DNA of 64,000 nucleotides from Lingula anatina (taxonomy: Eukaryota; Animalia; Brachiopoda). Position numbers and translations under genes: made by a program. Positions 26,660 to 39,108 of the stretch are shown here, piece after piece (the first letter of the stretch is position 1; the number at the start of each line of letters is the position of its first letter). The stretch is taken from the NCBI GenBank assembly GCA_051362555.1, contig CM120640.1:33561967-33625966 (forward strand), written 5' to 3'. The notes beneath the pieces are model-generated. The model searched no databases. It saw only the letters and a program-made list of their open reading frames with translations, and had not been told where the DNA came from.

Positions 26660-29600
26660 TTTCCTCTTTTGAGCGCAGCAATCTAGTTTAAATGTTAGTC
26701 GAGAGGGCAATGAATCGAAATCAAAATACCCCTCGAGTGCTCTCTTCAGGAGTAGTTATCTTTGAGAAGAACCAGCACACTGTGCCTCTTTCACTTGAAC
26801 GTTGGAGTGTAACGTCAATCCATCTCTCGGCTCTCCAACTCTGACTTTCTCTGTTTAGGGCCTTAATTTATTATCCACTGGAAGCTGCTTACCATGTAGC
26901 AGATCGAGAGCCCAAGCTTGGTCTTAACTTCTTTACGAAATTTCCGTTTCTGAATTGAATTCAGGTGCACAGGTGTCGCCGCTGAGGTAATAACTTTCAC
27001 TCTAAGCCTACCTGTCCGCCACGGCTAACTCAATGTCCGGCGTCTAATCACGGCATACAGTGGGCAGGGGTGTTTACCTTCTTAATAGAGTATATTCCTT
27101 TTTGTCTCCAAAGTCGCTAGACACACTAGGAAATCTGGAAGAGTAATACAAAAGGGACATTTGACTAACTGATCCTGATTACATTCAAAAGTCAACCTGC
27201 GACTTCTGGCAACTGAGTACACCTATCAATAATGGATTGGCTATTTGCCATCCAATTTTCACAGAATCTTGTGAACACATGTGCAAACTGTGCAGTTTTA
27301 GTAACACACAAAACTTGTTTTCTTTTACATTTATGGACAGCAAATATTCAACACCCCGATAATAAACCCGTACCTACGATTAGTCAAAAATTAATTGTAT
27401 GGCCTAAGGCACCCTTAAAAGCGTGTTATGTATTAATTTCAACGCAGATAAACCCTATATAAACTGGGTGATGATCTAAGTAACCTGGAACGAAAATAAC
27501 ATTATCTATCACCTATTGAACTCATATATACCAACCATCGACGAACACAGGGACTTCCTTTCAGCACGCGATACCGGCCCGGGATATCCGGAACGATTTA
27601 AGGCGCATGCAGTCTCAACCCTAAGCCGTCCCCGAGGTAATATGTGCATGTTGTACAGGCTCCTTCATTTATCAACAAAATAGAGACGTCGAGAGGTGTA
27701 ATTAGTAAGCAAGCCGTGGGTCTCACCTGCGTTCAAGTTGAGTTCAGACCCAGCCGACGCTATTAGTTACACTAATACAAATAAAACGAAGCCAATCTAA
27801 TCTACAGTAGCAAATGAGGTCTAGATGAAGCAGGGCTCCTTGGAGGAATGTTGAATAGGTTTGTGGATACAAAGGTTGTTGTCGGCGGAGAGCCTTTCCT
27901 CCTACAGAACTTTACACTGTGATCAGACCGTCTGGGGTAAACATCAAAGGTGGTGGCCAAAAACAACCACGATCATTAATTGCTGTTGGTTCGTCGACCC
28001 TTAATTGGTTCATATCTCACCATCTAAACCTCACCTGTGTTAAACGCAGGCAACATCAAGCGTTTCTTTTCTATGCCTGTAGCTTTTACATCTCAGTGCA
28101 ATGAGTTAAAATTGCACTATCGCCACGATCGATCAGTGTCCTTTGGACAGGAATGGCTTCATTGAAAGATTCTCCGTTTTATAGCCCCGAATCTGTCACG
28201 TCGCCCCCTTACCTGGCGTCAGCACAGTCGCAAACAACAACAACGTGAGATAAACACCTACCATAAATATGTCATCTTATTTTTCAAGTCAATAAATTCA
28301 AAGGTCCCTTGGAGTTGATTCTTTGGGAGTCTTTTGTCTCTTTAGAAGTTGCTGTCTTTGGTTCTTTGCCACACAGTTTCATCTCCAGTCCTCAAATTAC
28401 CACGCCATCTTCTTTGCGTATGTACTAGGTGCATGCTCGGTACTTTATGCTAAACATTATTTCTATGCTTCCGTATCGCTAGCAGCAGATTGTCTATTTC
28501 TACCACACAACACACCGGAGAAGCGCCACTATAACATCACGGTATGTCAATTTCAGGCTGTGGCCCCGCTAGCCAATCAGCAAGCGCAGCTGCCAGAATA
28601 GTGTCCAATCCGATCGATTATTGGTTGAGAGCGTCAGGAAGCATCCTCGATTGAGATCAAATCCAATTTATGAAGACTTGAAAAAAGTACGCTCTATAGA
28701 TGTAGGAAAAAATAACAGTCCTGCCACCTTTTGACTTTCGTGTGTGTTTACGTTGGTGACATGACACTGCTACAATGGACCCAGCACGCCGTATGGTTAT
28801 TCAGCCCCAATATACGTCCTCATTCACGTTCCATCCCGATGAACAGGTTTTCTGAATAAGCCACTTTCCATGCTCTAGGGGGTGGGGCCTGCTTCTTCTC
28901 TCTATATTTGAAGCGCGTATGTACTACATTGTGTTGCCACTTTAAAAGGTAAAACGCAGATGTACTCACAAAGCAAGCGCGCGGCGAGTTTTGTGAGACA
29001 GTTGATATGTGTGAACGGGAAAATAATGATGCTTATTTATTTTACTTGAATGTTTGTTGTAACTGAACGCTTTGCAGTAAACAGGAGTTTATTCAGCACG
29101 CCGAAGTGGCCCGCTCTTGCCGCTAGTGTTGTGATACATCATTAATCAACCCGACCTGTCTAAGTTTCCTTTTATTAGAAACCTGTCATTTGATTAAGTT
29201 GAAAGCTTTTTAGGAACGTAAAAAGTGGATCAAAGCGTAATGAAATGCCTAGTTACCCAAACATGTCAGTTATTACTTGATATATTTCTTTTCTACCACT
29301 CTTTTAGACTGGAAAGACCTTTTCGACAATAAAGGACTCAAGGTGTAAATCTGAAACGCTCAACACCTCCCAAGTCTATTAATTTCCTTCTAAATTTCTA
29401 TAAAATGAGCTGCATATTCGATATCTGTTGAAATGCACATCGATCTTCAGTAGTACTATAATAGCATGCAGCATGTTTAACTTAAAGTCAACAATAATCC
29501 TGTATCTAAAATGAGATTCAGTGTATTTAGATTTATGCATTACTAATGAAGCATTCTTAACCTTTTTACAACCTCCTTTCTTTCTCTTGAGTGACTAATG

Positions 29601-32600
29601 CCCATATCTAATAAATCAAGATATATATTGTGATGCTTACCACATGCACACGTACAGTTTACAATGTAACGCGCATTCCAGGGGGATGCTTATAAAGCAA
29701 AAAATTAATTCTAACTTTGATATTTGAAACAATTCCTTTTCAATGTCCATAAATTTACGATGGATAGAAATAGTCTTTTGTGTAAATCATGCTAGTTTAA
29801 AAATAACATACATCATGTCTTCCCAACACCGCCGCCTCCCCCTCCAAAAAAGTACAAAGAGTCCTGGTCTGTTCAGACGGACCTTAATTTAATTAAAACT
29901 TGCACTTTGAATTTTTCAAATCAGTGGTATTAGCTTAACCAGGATGACATTGCCTGTGTGCGCCTGCATCCCGCTGGGATGAAGATCAAGCAGGTATCAC
30001 GGTCAGTTTTTATTTGAAATTAAACACCCATCATCGTATTTTATATCCAGAATTTTCATATGTGGCAGGTTCCAAACAAAACCGGACATAATTCATGGCG
30101 TGTCCATCCACTTGACCTTCTTTATTAAGTTTCACCTGTGGCTTGTAATTGAAAGGTGACTGAAAAGACCATTGAAAGACATTTTCATACCTATTGCCGG
30201 AAAACTCGACGTCAATATGATTAATGACAAAGTTGAGAAATAAATTTCAGTTTGGAAAATTGCATTTTTTTTATTATCAAGAGGTCTGAAGAAATCCCCT
30301 TGAACTCGTCACATTCTGAGTCAGGTGTCACTATTAAAAACCAACAGGAGGCGCACGAGAAGCATGCTTAATATTTTGCAGCGTTTTATCGACATTTACG
30401 ACTCGACTTTTCTAATCTTATCAGTGCTCGTGCGGGGGAATAATTCTCGTGAAAAAATGTGATTACCATTACGCAATTGCAAAGGGCACGTAGTTCTGGT
30501 CGAGATATTGGCAATCATTAATTTCCTTCTAGGATTTGCATAAGAAACTTAAACAGAAGCATGCCTTTGTTGACTCATTCAGCAGCCACACTGATGTATA
30601 CTAATTACAAGGACAGCTTAACAAGTGATTATAACGTAAAAACTGAGTTCATAGTATAAGATTGCCGGTTTTTATACGAACGCGAAATCACGTTTTGTTG
30701 ATTAAACGGCATCATACGCATTAAGAGGTCTATTATGAAGCTTTTGTGGGTTTTATAGATGATAATACACAATGCATTGTGATATCAGCAACAACTCTCT
30801 GAACTCCTTTCCTCCTCTCATCGACAACCTGGCATATAAAAAAAAACTGTACCATGCACTGTCAGCATAATCAAATATTAGATATTATATTAGATAATTT
30901 TATCCATTATTCTATCCTTTATTTATTCATATTTTTGAGGTGTGCATAATAGAGTAGTGATAGAAGTAGCTTAGACAGCGAACAGTGTTATTTGTAACAC
31001 TTAAAGCCGAATAAAATTATTATTATTATTATTATATCTATATTAGCTAAAAATCCAAAATATGAGTCACACTTAAACAGTGGGGACCAGTTTAAAACTG
31101 TCCTCCAGTTTGACCCCCATATGCCGTCGATTTAAAGTGTACCGTGTGGCCACTGTTTAGTGTTAACACCATAGGAATGACCGGATTTTACACCTGTATT
31201 CCTGTTCTCTAAGTCAACAAAATAATCTTAATTGGAATTATAACAACTGCATAACCCCTCCCCCTTAATCTGCCCAATCTAACGCAACCAGTTTACCAGG
31301 TGCGTAATTCAGACGAGGTGATGACCACTGCACTATTATTACCCAACCTTAGGACCCTTCAAGAGTCGGGGAGAAAAGATTTGTAATAACAGTGAAAATA
31401 GTGGCAATTACCCGTAAGTGCTGAAAACGCTGGAAGAATTCCACGCCCTTCATTACCTGGGGTTATCGCACAGTGGCCTAACTGAGACATAGCGTGAAAA
31501 GCAGGCAGGAGACAAATGCCTGTCATCTGTCATGACCAAACATCTGCTTTAATCTAATATTGACGCAGCCCAGGGGGGTGTATTTTAAATGGGTTTTACA
31601 TTATATTGTCACCACTAAGTAAATTATTGTATGATATTCATGGGCGTTAAGGGTTCGGGGTTTTTTTGTTTGGGTTAGTATTGTGAGATATAATGAAATA
31701 ATGGGAGGACTAATGACCACCAAGCAATAACATGCATGTTAATAATCACATTAACCGCGGCTGAAGCGAGAATGAGAATGCATATTATAACATAGCACGT
31801 TCCGATCACAATGCATCCATATGTGCAGTATCCTGATAGAAATACCACTAACATATGACCCTTCTGGGGTTATTGTAATCTTGTCACAGGGAGAAAAGAA
31901 GGATTGTCCTACCTCACAATGCCTCCTTAGACCGCCGAGTTCAACGTGAAAAAGAAAACACACACTGAGATTAGGGTAGCTCTCAACTTTAATGCGATTT
32001 GGTAGCATACAATGGAGGGGGAGTAGCAGACCATCCCATGTACACGCCCTATTTCAACTAAGAATAATTCAGTTAATGCCAAATTCCTTTCCGTGATTTA
32101 AAATATATTGTCGTCCTCACATTAATTGAGTTACATGAGTTTCGGGGGAAAAACAAGTTTCCACAAGTTGATTTGCATGGATTTTTATTATTTTTTTATT
32201 GGACTATTAACTGCAATAGAAATTAAACTAAGTGGGTCATAGTAATTTTCATTCTATTGGTCCTGTTCAGGAGAATCTGACACGAAAATGACGAACAGTA
32301 ATGAGGAAATATGACGAAAATTATTGGCATTAATGCATTGAAAAGGGGCCAAAGTGCCTGTCCCGCAGATAAATCATATTTTGGCATGGGAATATTTACC
32401 TGTCGCGATCACCAAGAGTAAGCATAATAAAGGCAGAACTGGCGAATTACATTTTTTCAACACAAACGTCATTTCACATTAAACGTCAACCCTTGATGTT
32501 TAAATTAGAACCTAAATTTAGGCAAGGGTGCAATTTACAGACCATACTTTATACCAAATTATGTTTGATGGGTCCTAGTTTATAGTTAATGTGTATACAG

Positions 32601-33485
32601 TGTTCTGGGTCCTTGGTTTTTACGAAACAACATAAATGCTCATAACAGCTTGAGAAAAATACATTGTCTACGATATATATAAAAATAGGCTAGGTTATAG
32701 GCCTACTCAGTGCATCCAGTTTAATCGAAAATAAAACCTCTTCTGGTTTCACAGACGCACACACATACTATACATGTAACCCTAAAACAATGTACATAAT
32801 CTGACCACTGAAACAAAAGAACTGTCGTTTTTCATTTTGCCGTAAATGCATATGAACCATATACGTTTTATTTCAGTGTATATTTATATATCCCAAATAG
32901 TTATAAAAGTTGCATTTATATATAACCTACCTTATTATCATTCTCTTCTCGTGCAATCATTCCTTGATTTGCACCGAGCTTTCTGGTCATTTATTGATTT
33001 CTCTTCATTGGAGACGAACTAACGAATGAATATTTGATTGCATTTATATATTTAACCTATTAACAGACGCAGGGCCGCAAGAGGTGAGAAATGTTCATGA
33101 ATATTTCTTTCAAGTAATAAAAAACACAATCGAAAGGGCACCTTTAGATTACAGGACGAAACGCAATCATCAGTGGTCACAACTAACACAGCCCCCCCCC
33201 CACTAGCCCCTAGTTGCTTTCTATGTAAAATGTACATATATTACCTTTGCTTTTCACCGCAGCGATGATTTATATATAGCTTGCGCACAGATGTGAGCAT
33301 TCTAAAGATAACTGACACAGTAGCTCTACCTTTGGCCACAGCCTAAACGAAGCGTACTACAATAACAGATTCGTGTATATGAAAGATCAATAAGCATGCC
33401 TGGTCGTAACGCCATTTTGTAACGGGTGAAAGAAGAACTACTTCGAAGCCGCTGGGGTCTCAATGTGTTGAAGGTACTTTAAGGT

Positions 33486-33730
33486 ATGACCCACGAGAAG
33501 ATGCCGTATGATTACCGTGACCAGGACCACGTATACGCACCGGTTGTGACCAGTCAACCCTTCTATCAGATTGACGGGCCGCCCGTGGTGGTTAGAGGAG
33601 AGAAAGCGCCAGAGAATGGATTATGCTTGGCACTATGCGTTTGCTGTTGTTTCAACTGTCCATTTGGAGTTGTTGCACTGTGTCTTTCATGTAAGTTTGG
33701 ACTCGGTTACACGTCTATCTAGCCATGGGG

Positions 33731-33766
<36 letters not shown>

Positions 33767-34872
33767 TTGCAATTCTCTGAAACGTACTGGTGACCTCTCT
33801 GATATTTAGGTTAGGGTCCTACTTCTAGCGTGATCTTTTTTTAGTCCAGCCCTCTAAATTTAATGATATGTTGTCCCAAGCCGCATAACATTATATTAAT
33901 ATTTTAGCAGATCACGTACATGTATGGTATTCTAAAACAAGCCAGGATTTTTTTAGTTTGAGATGATTTTGAAAGGTTCACGTTGTTTTACATTTTTTTC
34001 AATTGGGTGGTAGGGGGAGTTTATTTGAACACAAAAGCTAGATAACGTATGCGTACAATTTCTGTATTCACGCACGTACAATTCCTGAGCAAAAATCGAA
34101 TGTTTTCCCAGTTTTGAGGTTGACATGGAAAACCTGGCCATTCTGCTATCGATTTTTCCGACAGCCTGATGAAGATGGCAATTACCTATTCAGAGCAACC
34201 CATTGTAGATGATATCTGGTTTTCAGAGCTGTACAATTGATCAGAATATTACTGAAAATGTGACCTTGCAGTGGCACACATCTCTTTGTCCAGTATCGAA
34301 ATACCACGATGAAAGCGGTTCAAAAGCTGAGGTTCATTGTCAGAATCAATTTGATTTTGAACAAAACACAGCACATCTTTGTCTTTTACATGCACATTAA
34401 ATACATCTATATGACTATACAGAAAACAAGTGCGTGACGTCATGTCACTCCACGGAATACAAGGGAAGTCAGTATTGATAAAAATAAGCATTATATAGGC
34501 CTTTCGCTTCTGCTGTTATCGAAATAGCCATTCTACACTTTAAATCTAATTTTTGTCTCTGATACACTGTGTGATATGTCTATTTTTCTGTCTATTTTTT
34601 TACATCCAGATTTGTCTAGTATGGAATTCAAACTTGGCAGCGTGGACAAGGCCAAGATGTACGGCAAGATGTCTTTGGCCATGAGCATTACTGGGATTAT
34701 AGTGTTGGCTGTCACAGCCATCCTCGTGTCGTCAGTGTGGGGGTTTTGTTCCTGGATTGTGGAGATGAGATGCCCAGGACTGATTAGATTTGCGTATGTT
34801 CAAAATGAGACTGTTGACAGCTGCCCTGCGCTGTATTCATTCGCAAATCAACACTGCTATCGGTACCACTGA
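33486..34872 (+). CDS. CD225/dispanin family protein (PRRT1/IFITM/SYNDIG-like), 2 exons, about 155 aa
   Basis: Exons 33486-33690 (donor T|GTAAGT) and 34610-34872 (acceptor ttttttacatccAG) splice in frame to LCLALCVCCCFNCPFGVVALCLS-Y-LSSMEFKLGSVDKAKMYGKMSLAMSITGIIV. This is the typical CD225 pattern with the intron after the first hydrophobic segment. AATAAA at 35619. Confidence 0.88.
33731..33766. repeat. (ATT)n microsatellite in the dispanin intron
   Basis: Seen directly in sequence. Confidence 0.9.
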
Positions 34873-36334
34873 GCGAACGCCATAGTTAAGACATTGCTAG
34901 TCCCAAACGTTATGTGCAAAAAGGACTTAATACAGGTGCTTATAATTATTTCAGAAAGTCAAGCGAAGAAATGAAAAGCGGACTTATGTTTAACATCTGA
35001 AAATGAAACTAACCGAAAACAAAACTTCATAATTATCTTTGTCAATTTATACATACACTTAAAGTTCTCATAACCATGGGAATTGGAAAGTCAGTTTGAG
35101 AACCGTTTACTGATTCCTTGGAATCATTGCATGATTTTCGTGCCTTTTTTTCCGGCGTCAAAAATGCTAGGTTATGAGGTTCATTGACATTGTAAAAAAA
35201 GGAAAAGCCGGAAAAAGAACAGGGTGCCCAATGGAAAAGTCTTCGACACATCATATGATGGGTCCAATGAGCAATGTTTCACCACCAGAAATGAAATGGA
35301 CGTTAAAATATCAAATCCAATTTCAATTCTCAAAGCAATGAGATTCTTTTGAAGAATTTTCGGAATGTGTCTTATATTTTTATTTTAGAATTCAGTCAAA
35401 TTTATTTATACAGCGGTAAAGTCATTAGTTATTATTTTAGACAAATGTAAAAGTGTAATTATACGATTTTAATCCCATATTAGATAAGTTAACATATGCT
35501 TCGGTCGCTTTACCTGTTTACAGATGTAAGGCAATTGTAAATAACAGATGTGTATACATTATTTAAAACCTATCCGACTAAGTTGTTAAATGTTATTTAC
35601 TCTTACTCACGGCATGTAAATAAAATAAGTTGCACTTAAAAATTGTACATATATTTGGCTTTGTTCTTCTGTCATATTTAAAAGAGAATTGACAGTGTTA
35701 CATGTACTTCTCTTAAGTAAAAAACGTGAGTTGTGTATTAGTTCATGGATAGAAAAAATACACTCATTAATATAAGATATATCATCAACATGTGATATAA
35801 CGTGTCTTCATTAACGATTGTGTTAATCAGCGCTTACAGGAATCAAACGGTTTTCACACCTTCATGTAGGCGGAGCAATATGCACCGTCTTAATTCAGAC
35901 GCACGTTAAGAATAGGAATCAATATAGGATATGGAAGTCCATAAGTTGGACCTAAGGTGGACCTGCTATAAAAGAATTAACCGGACAATGACCCTATTGA
36001 TCGACGGACAACAGGCGCGCATCTGTGATGCACAGCAACACCGAGAATATTGTCTATATACATAAGACTGGTTAGCAACATAACGGCATTTTGTGAACGT
36101 AATTTAGAAAAAATACAAGTTACACTTTTGTAGTATTAATTATTATTATTTCAAAAGCAATGATAATAAGATGAAACATACATCTTTACTTCTTTGCTGT
36201 ACAACTCCAAAGAAATGGTCAAGAGAATGAAATCATTTCAGTAAACGTTTAGATATAGGGTTCATTTGAATTCTCTTTTACCTTACTAGATATTTCATTT
36301 GGTCCTTTTGAAAATGCCCCAAAGTCATATTCTT

Positions 36335-36672
36335 ATGTCCATTTTTCTCCATAGACACTTATTTAGTCGAATTAGAGGACTTTGAATCCATTTTTATTTG
36401 ACAAAAGCTGTAATCAGTCACTTTTTAGGTATTCAGTAATGGATTTCCGCGCCAAATCTCATTTCCCTCGAGGAAAAAGCAATCCTCTCCTAGGCGCGTA
36501 TCATTGCTCGAACCGTCCCTGTTCTTGGATTCAATGTTTTGTTTCATTTCTAATAACATGATTTAGCTTTATACGAATTATGAACCACGATTCCTTTGGA
36601 CTAACATAATATTCATTTGAGCATGTTTATCGTCTTAAGGATAAATAAGTGTCTATGGAGAAAAATGGACAT
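36335..36672. repeat. Perfect 31-bp inverted repeat pair with a 276-bp spacer; probable MITE/DNA-transposon remnant
   Basis: 36335-36365 atgtccatttttctccatagacacttattta is the exact reverse complement of 36642-36672. No clear TSD. Confidence 0.7.
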
Positions 36673-37902
36673 TTCAATTGACGATCTAGAGGCAATATAG
36701 CTATAAAACTTCAGCAAAAACGGTGCAGATCCATCAAATATGCATAATCGCTTGCACCATTAAAAATATTAAAATGTGTGTTGTAAAGTTTTATTTTGCA
36801 GAATTAAAAAATCTATTTCAGTGTTATGGCGATCAGCCTTAGAAGCGTGATCATGTACACACACATTGTATGGTTGGTGTTTGATCGATTGCTTATCGAT
36901 CCCATGTGGCTAATCAATCAAATTATGCGATAAGCAAGTACAGCAGTTAGTTACTAAGGCCAGCCAAAGCGTCTTGGGACACAGCAGGTTCGAGTATCGG
37001 TGAGTCAAACGGCTAAATTATCTAACCTTAAAGTCGTAAAAAGTTATATTATACTTCAGATAAGCCTCTTCTGAAACAAGGTCAATAATATTCAAACTTT
37101 GGTGAAGCAATTGTGACCATTTTATTGAATGTAAGTATCAGAGACTTTGATATACCTACAAATAATGATTCGGGCGTTGTTAGTGTGTACCGTAGTTGCT
37201 ACCTCGGAACGGTGTGGTGCAACTCCCAGTAACTTAGCTTGAAAACATTTTGGTGTCTCGCTCAAAGTAAGATTGTAAAGTAAATCAAGTTTGCAGAACT
37301 CAAGGTAAGATGTCAAAAGGTAGACCTTAAGTCAGAGCAAATTTAGTATATCTTTATCTATTGAAATCGTTATAAGATGAGGATCTGTGAACATTCATTG
37401 CTGCTGGTGTAGACTGTAGCCAGTAAGGATGCTATGTGTTTGTAATGAATATAGTCAAATGTAGCCTAAACAGAACAAAATATGCAATTGTAAAAAGATG
37501 TTGAGGGACTTAAGTCTGCTACTTAATTGCCATAATTGGTTGAAATATCTTCATTCTCCTCAACACCGTTTCACCCTCAGTAGCTCCCTGCGCCAGAGGT
37601 CACACACTGCACCACACCTGTCCCTGGTCCTGGTAAAAAACGCTGTAGTTTATACATCTGCTAGTCGACACTAGATTAATTCAAGCACCATACTGGAAAT
37701 GTCAGAAAATAAATGAATAAACTTAAAGTTTCTACAGCACAACTATTGGATTTTCTAACTTACATCTCAAGGCCTATTTGGTTTTCTAAGTTTTATTCCT
37801 ACTCCTAGCTCACTCCTAGGCTATTCCTAGGCTGACCTACACCTTAGCCTGATCTGGCCTACACCTAGCCTGGCCTACACGTAACCTACTCCAGGCGTCT
37901 TC

Positions 37903-37974
37903 GTGTCTGTCGGCGTAGAAGAAGGCTTCGTAACCATATAGGTGCGCTACCCATTGCGCCACCGACGAGGACAC
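37903..37974 (-). pseudogene. Degenerate tRNA-like module (SINE head or tRNA pseudogene)
   Basis: Minus strand: gtcgg TG GCGC AATGGGTA GCGC gives an A-box and perfect D-stem, closed by ccgac. Anticodon and T arms are truncated or degenerate. Confidence 0.45.
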
Positions 37975-38054
37975 GATGACAGCTGCATTTCTTGGCGTAT
38001 TTACCTGTACTCTTTACCTTGAAATTAAAACAATCGTTAAAAAAAGGAATCTAC

Positions 38055-38134
38055 GTGTCCAACGTAGGAATTGAACCGGACAGTCTAGGTTTGGGAACCC
38101 GACGTCCTTACCACTGCGCCATCACCGATGACAC
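38055..38134 (-). pseudogene. tRNA-derived module with Pol III A and B boxes (SINE head-like)
   Basis: Minus strand TGGCGCAGTGG (A-box) and GGTTCAATTCC (B-box) at tRNA-like spacing; stems pair poorly. A second diverged copy lies at about 63935-64000 (+). Confidence 0.6.
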
Positions 38135-39108
38135 ATCTTGTTTCGTTTAGAATAGTATGTTGCCCTGTACTCAGATTTCCCTTATAGAAATTTCTAATTC
38201 TCCTAAATATGGGTCGCTTTTTAGATGGTAGAGATGCAGAGTGGTTATATTGGGCTTTTTTTACGCACGTGAGTGAAAACAATACTATTTGGAACGGCAT
38301 CCCTAAAACAATTTACATAAATGTTTTTGACGATCGATAAATGCCTTCTAGATAGGCCTATACTAAATGACTTCAAATGACTTCACATGTTAATATTTCG
38401 TTGACTCTGCCTGTTTTTCAGCATCAATTTCTTTTTATGAAAACATTTTTAAAAAATAAACATGGGATATGTAAGAGACAAACCATTAAAGACCGGGGAC
38501 TTGAAGTTACCGTGACCCATAAGAAACTTGGTGCGTTTTTCGCACTAGTCCCACCTCACGCAGATTCTCACACCTTTTCTAATAATGATAATAATAATTT
38601 ATAGTTTGAAACCCATATAAAATTTTAGTAGACTTTAGAGGGGTGAAATGAATAGAATAAGATGAATAAAATTACTAAATAGATAGATAAGATATTGAGA
38701 TATTAATATATAGGCCTATAGCACAGTGTAGGCCTACATAGTTGAGTGATATTTGATGTCTATCCATGGAGAGTGTGGAGTCAAAGTAGACACCAAGGTT
38801 TTTCACGTGTGGTAAGGGTCACAACACTGGTGCCTACTCAGGAGCGGATCCAGGATTATTTGAAGGGGCTTCCGGGGATGCGAAGCCGACCCCCCCTCTC
38901 CCCACCCCCCCACCTTGGCGTGGGATTCGGGGGGCGCTTAAGGGCCCCAAAAAGAATTGGTAGGCTATTTTAGAGGGCGAACGGTGGTTTAGAACTACGA
39001 TTCATCTAGTCAAAATTATAATTTCAAGCGGGGACAATTTGTGTGATTTTTCTCAGAAATCGGAGGGGGGGGGGGTCAGGACCCCCGCAACCCCCCCCTC
39101 TAAATCCG
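38070..39108 (+). mobile_element. Dispersed composite repeat, copy 1 (tRNA-like head + AT-rich body + GC-rich MITE-like end)
   Basis: Near-identical by eye to the reverse complement of 63232-64000, e.g. ttatagaaatttctaattctcctaaatatgggtcgctttttagatggtagagatgcagagtgg and gatatttgatgtctatccatggagagtgtggagtcaa. Copy 1 has an extra ~225 bp at about 38321-38545. Confidence 0.85.

Noticed and set aside
25186-26672. Several plus-strand ORFs overlapping the LRR-Ig gene
   Set aside because: Antisense shadows with no independent features.
26660-26710. N-terminal extension of the LRR-Ig ORF from a TTG start
   Set aside because: Eukaryotic gene; the first ATG at 26659 directly precedes the signal peptide.
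27560-27580. TTCAGCAC half-sites resembling RE1/NRSE (also about 29092)
   Set aside because: The right half GGACAG is missing, so there is no full motif.
38055-38134. Functional tRNA-Gly(CCC)
   Set aside because: Acceptor, anticodon and T stems do not pair and the second copy is diverged; treated as tRNA-derived.
38746-38973. Similar ORFs MIFDVYPWRVWSQ at 38746 (+) and 63515 (-) as a duplicated gene
   Set aside because: They lie within the dispersed repeat, use non-ATG starts and frameshift relative to each other.
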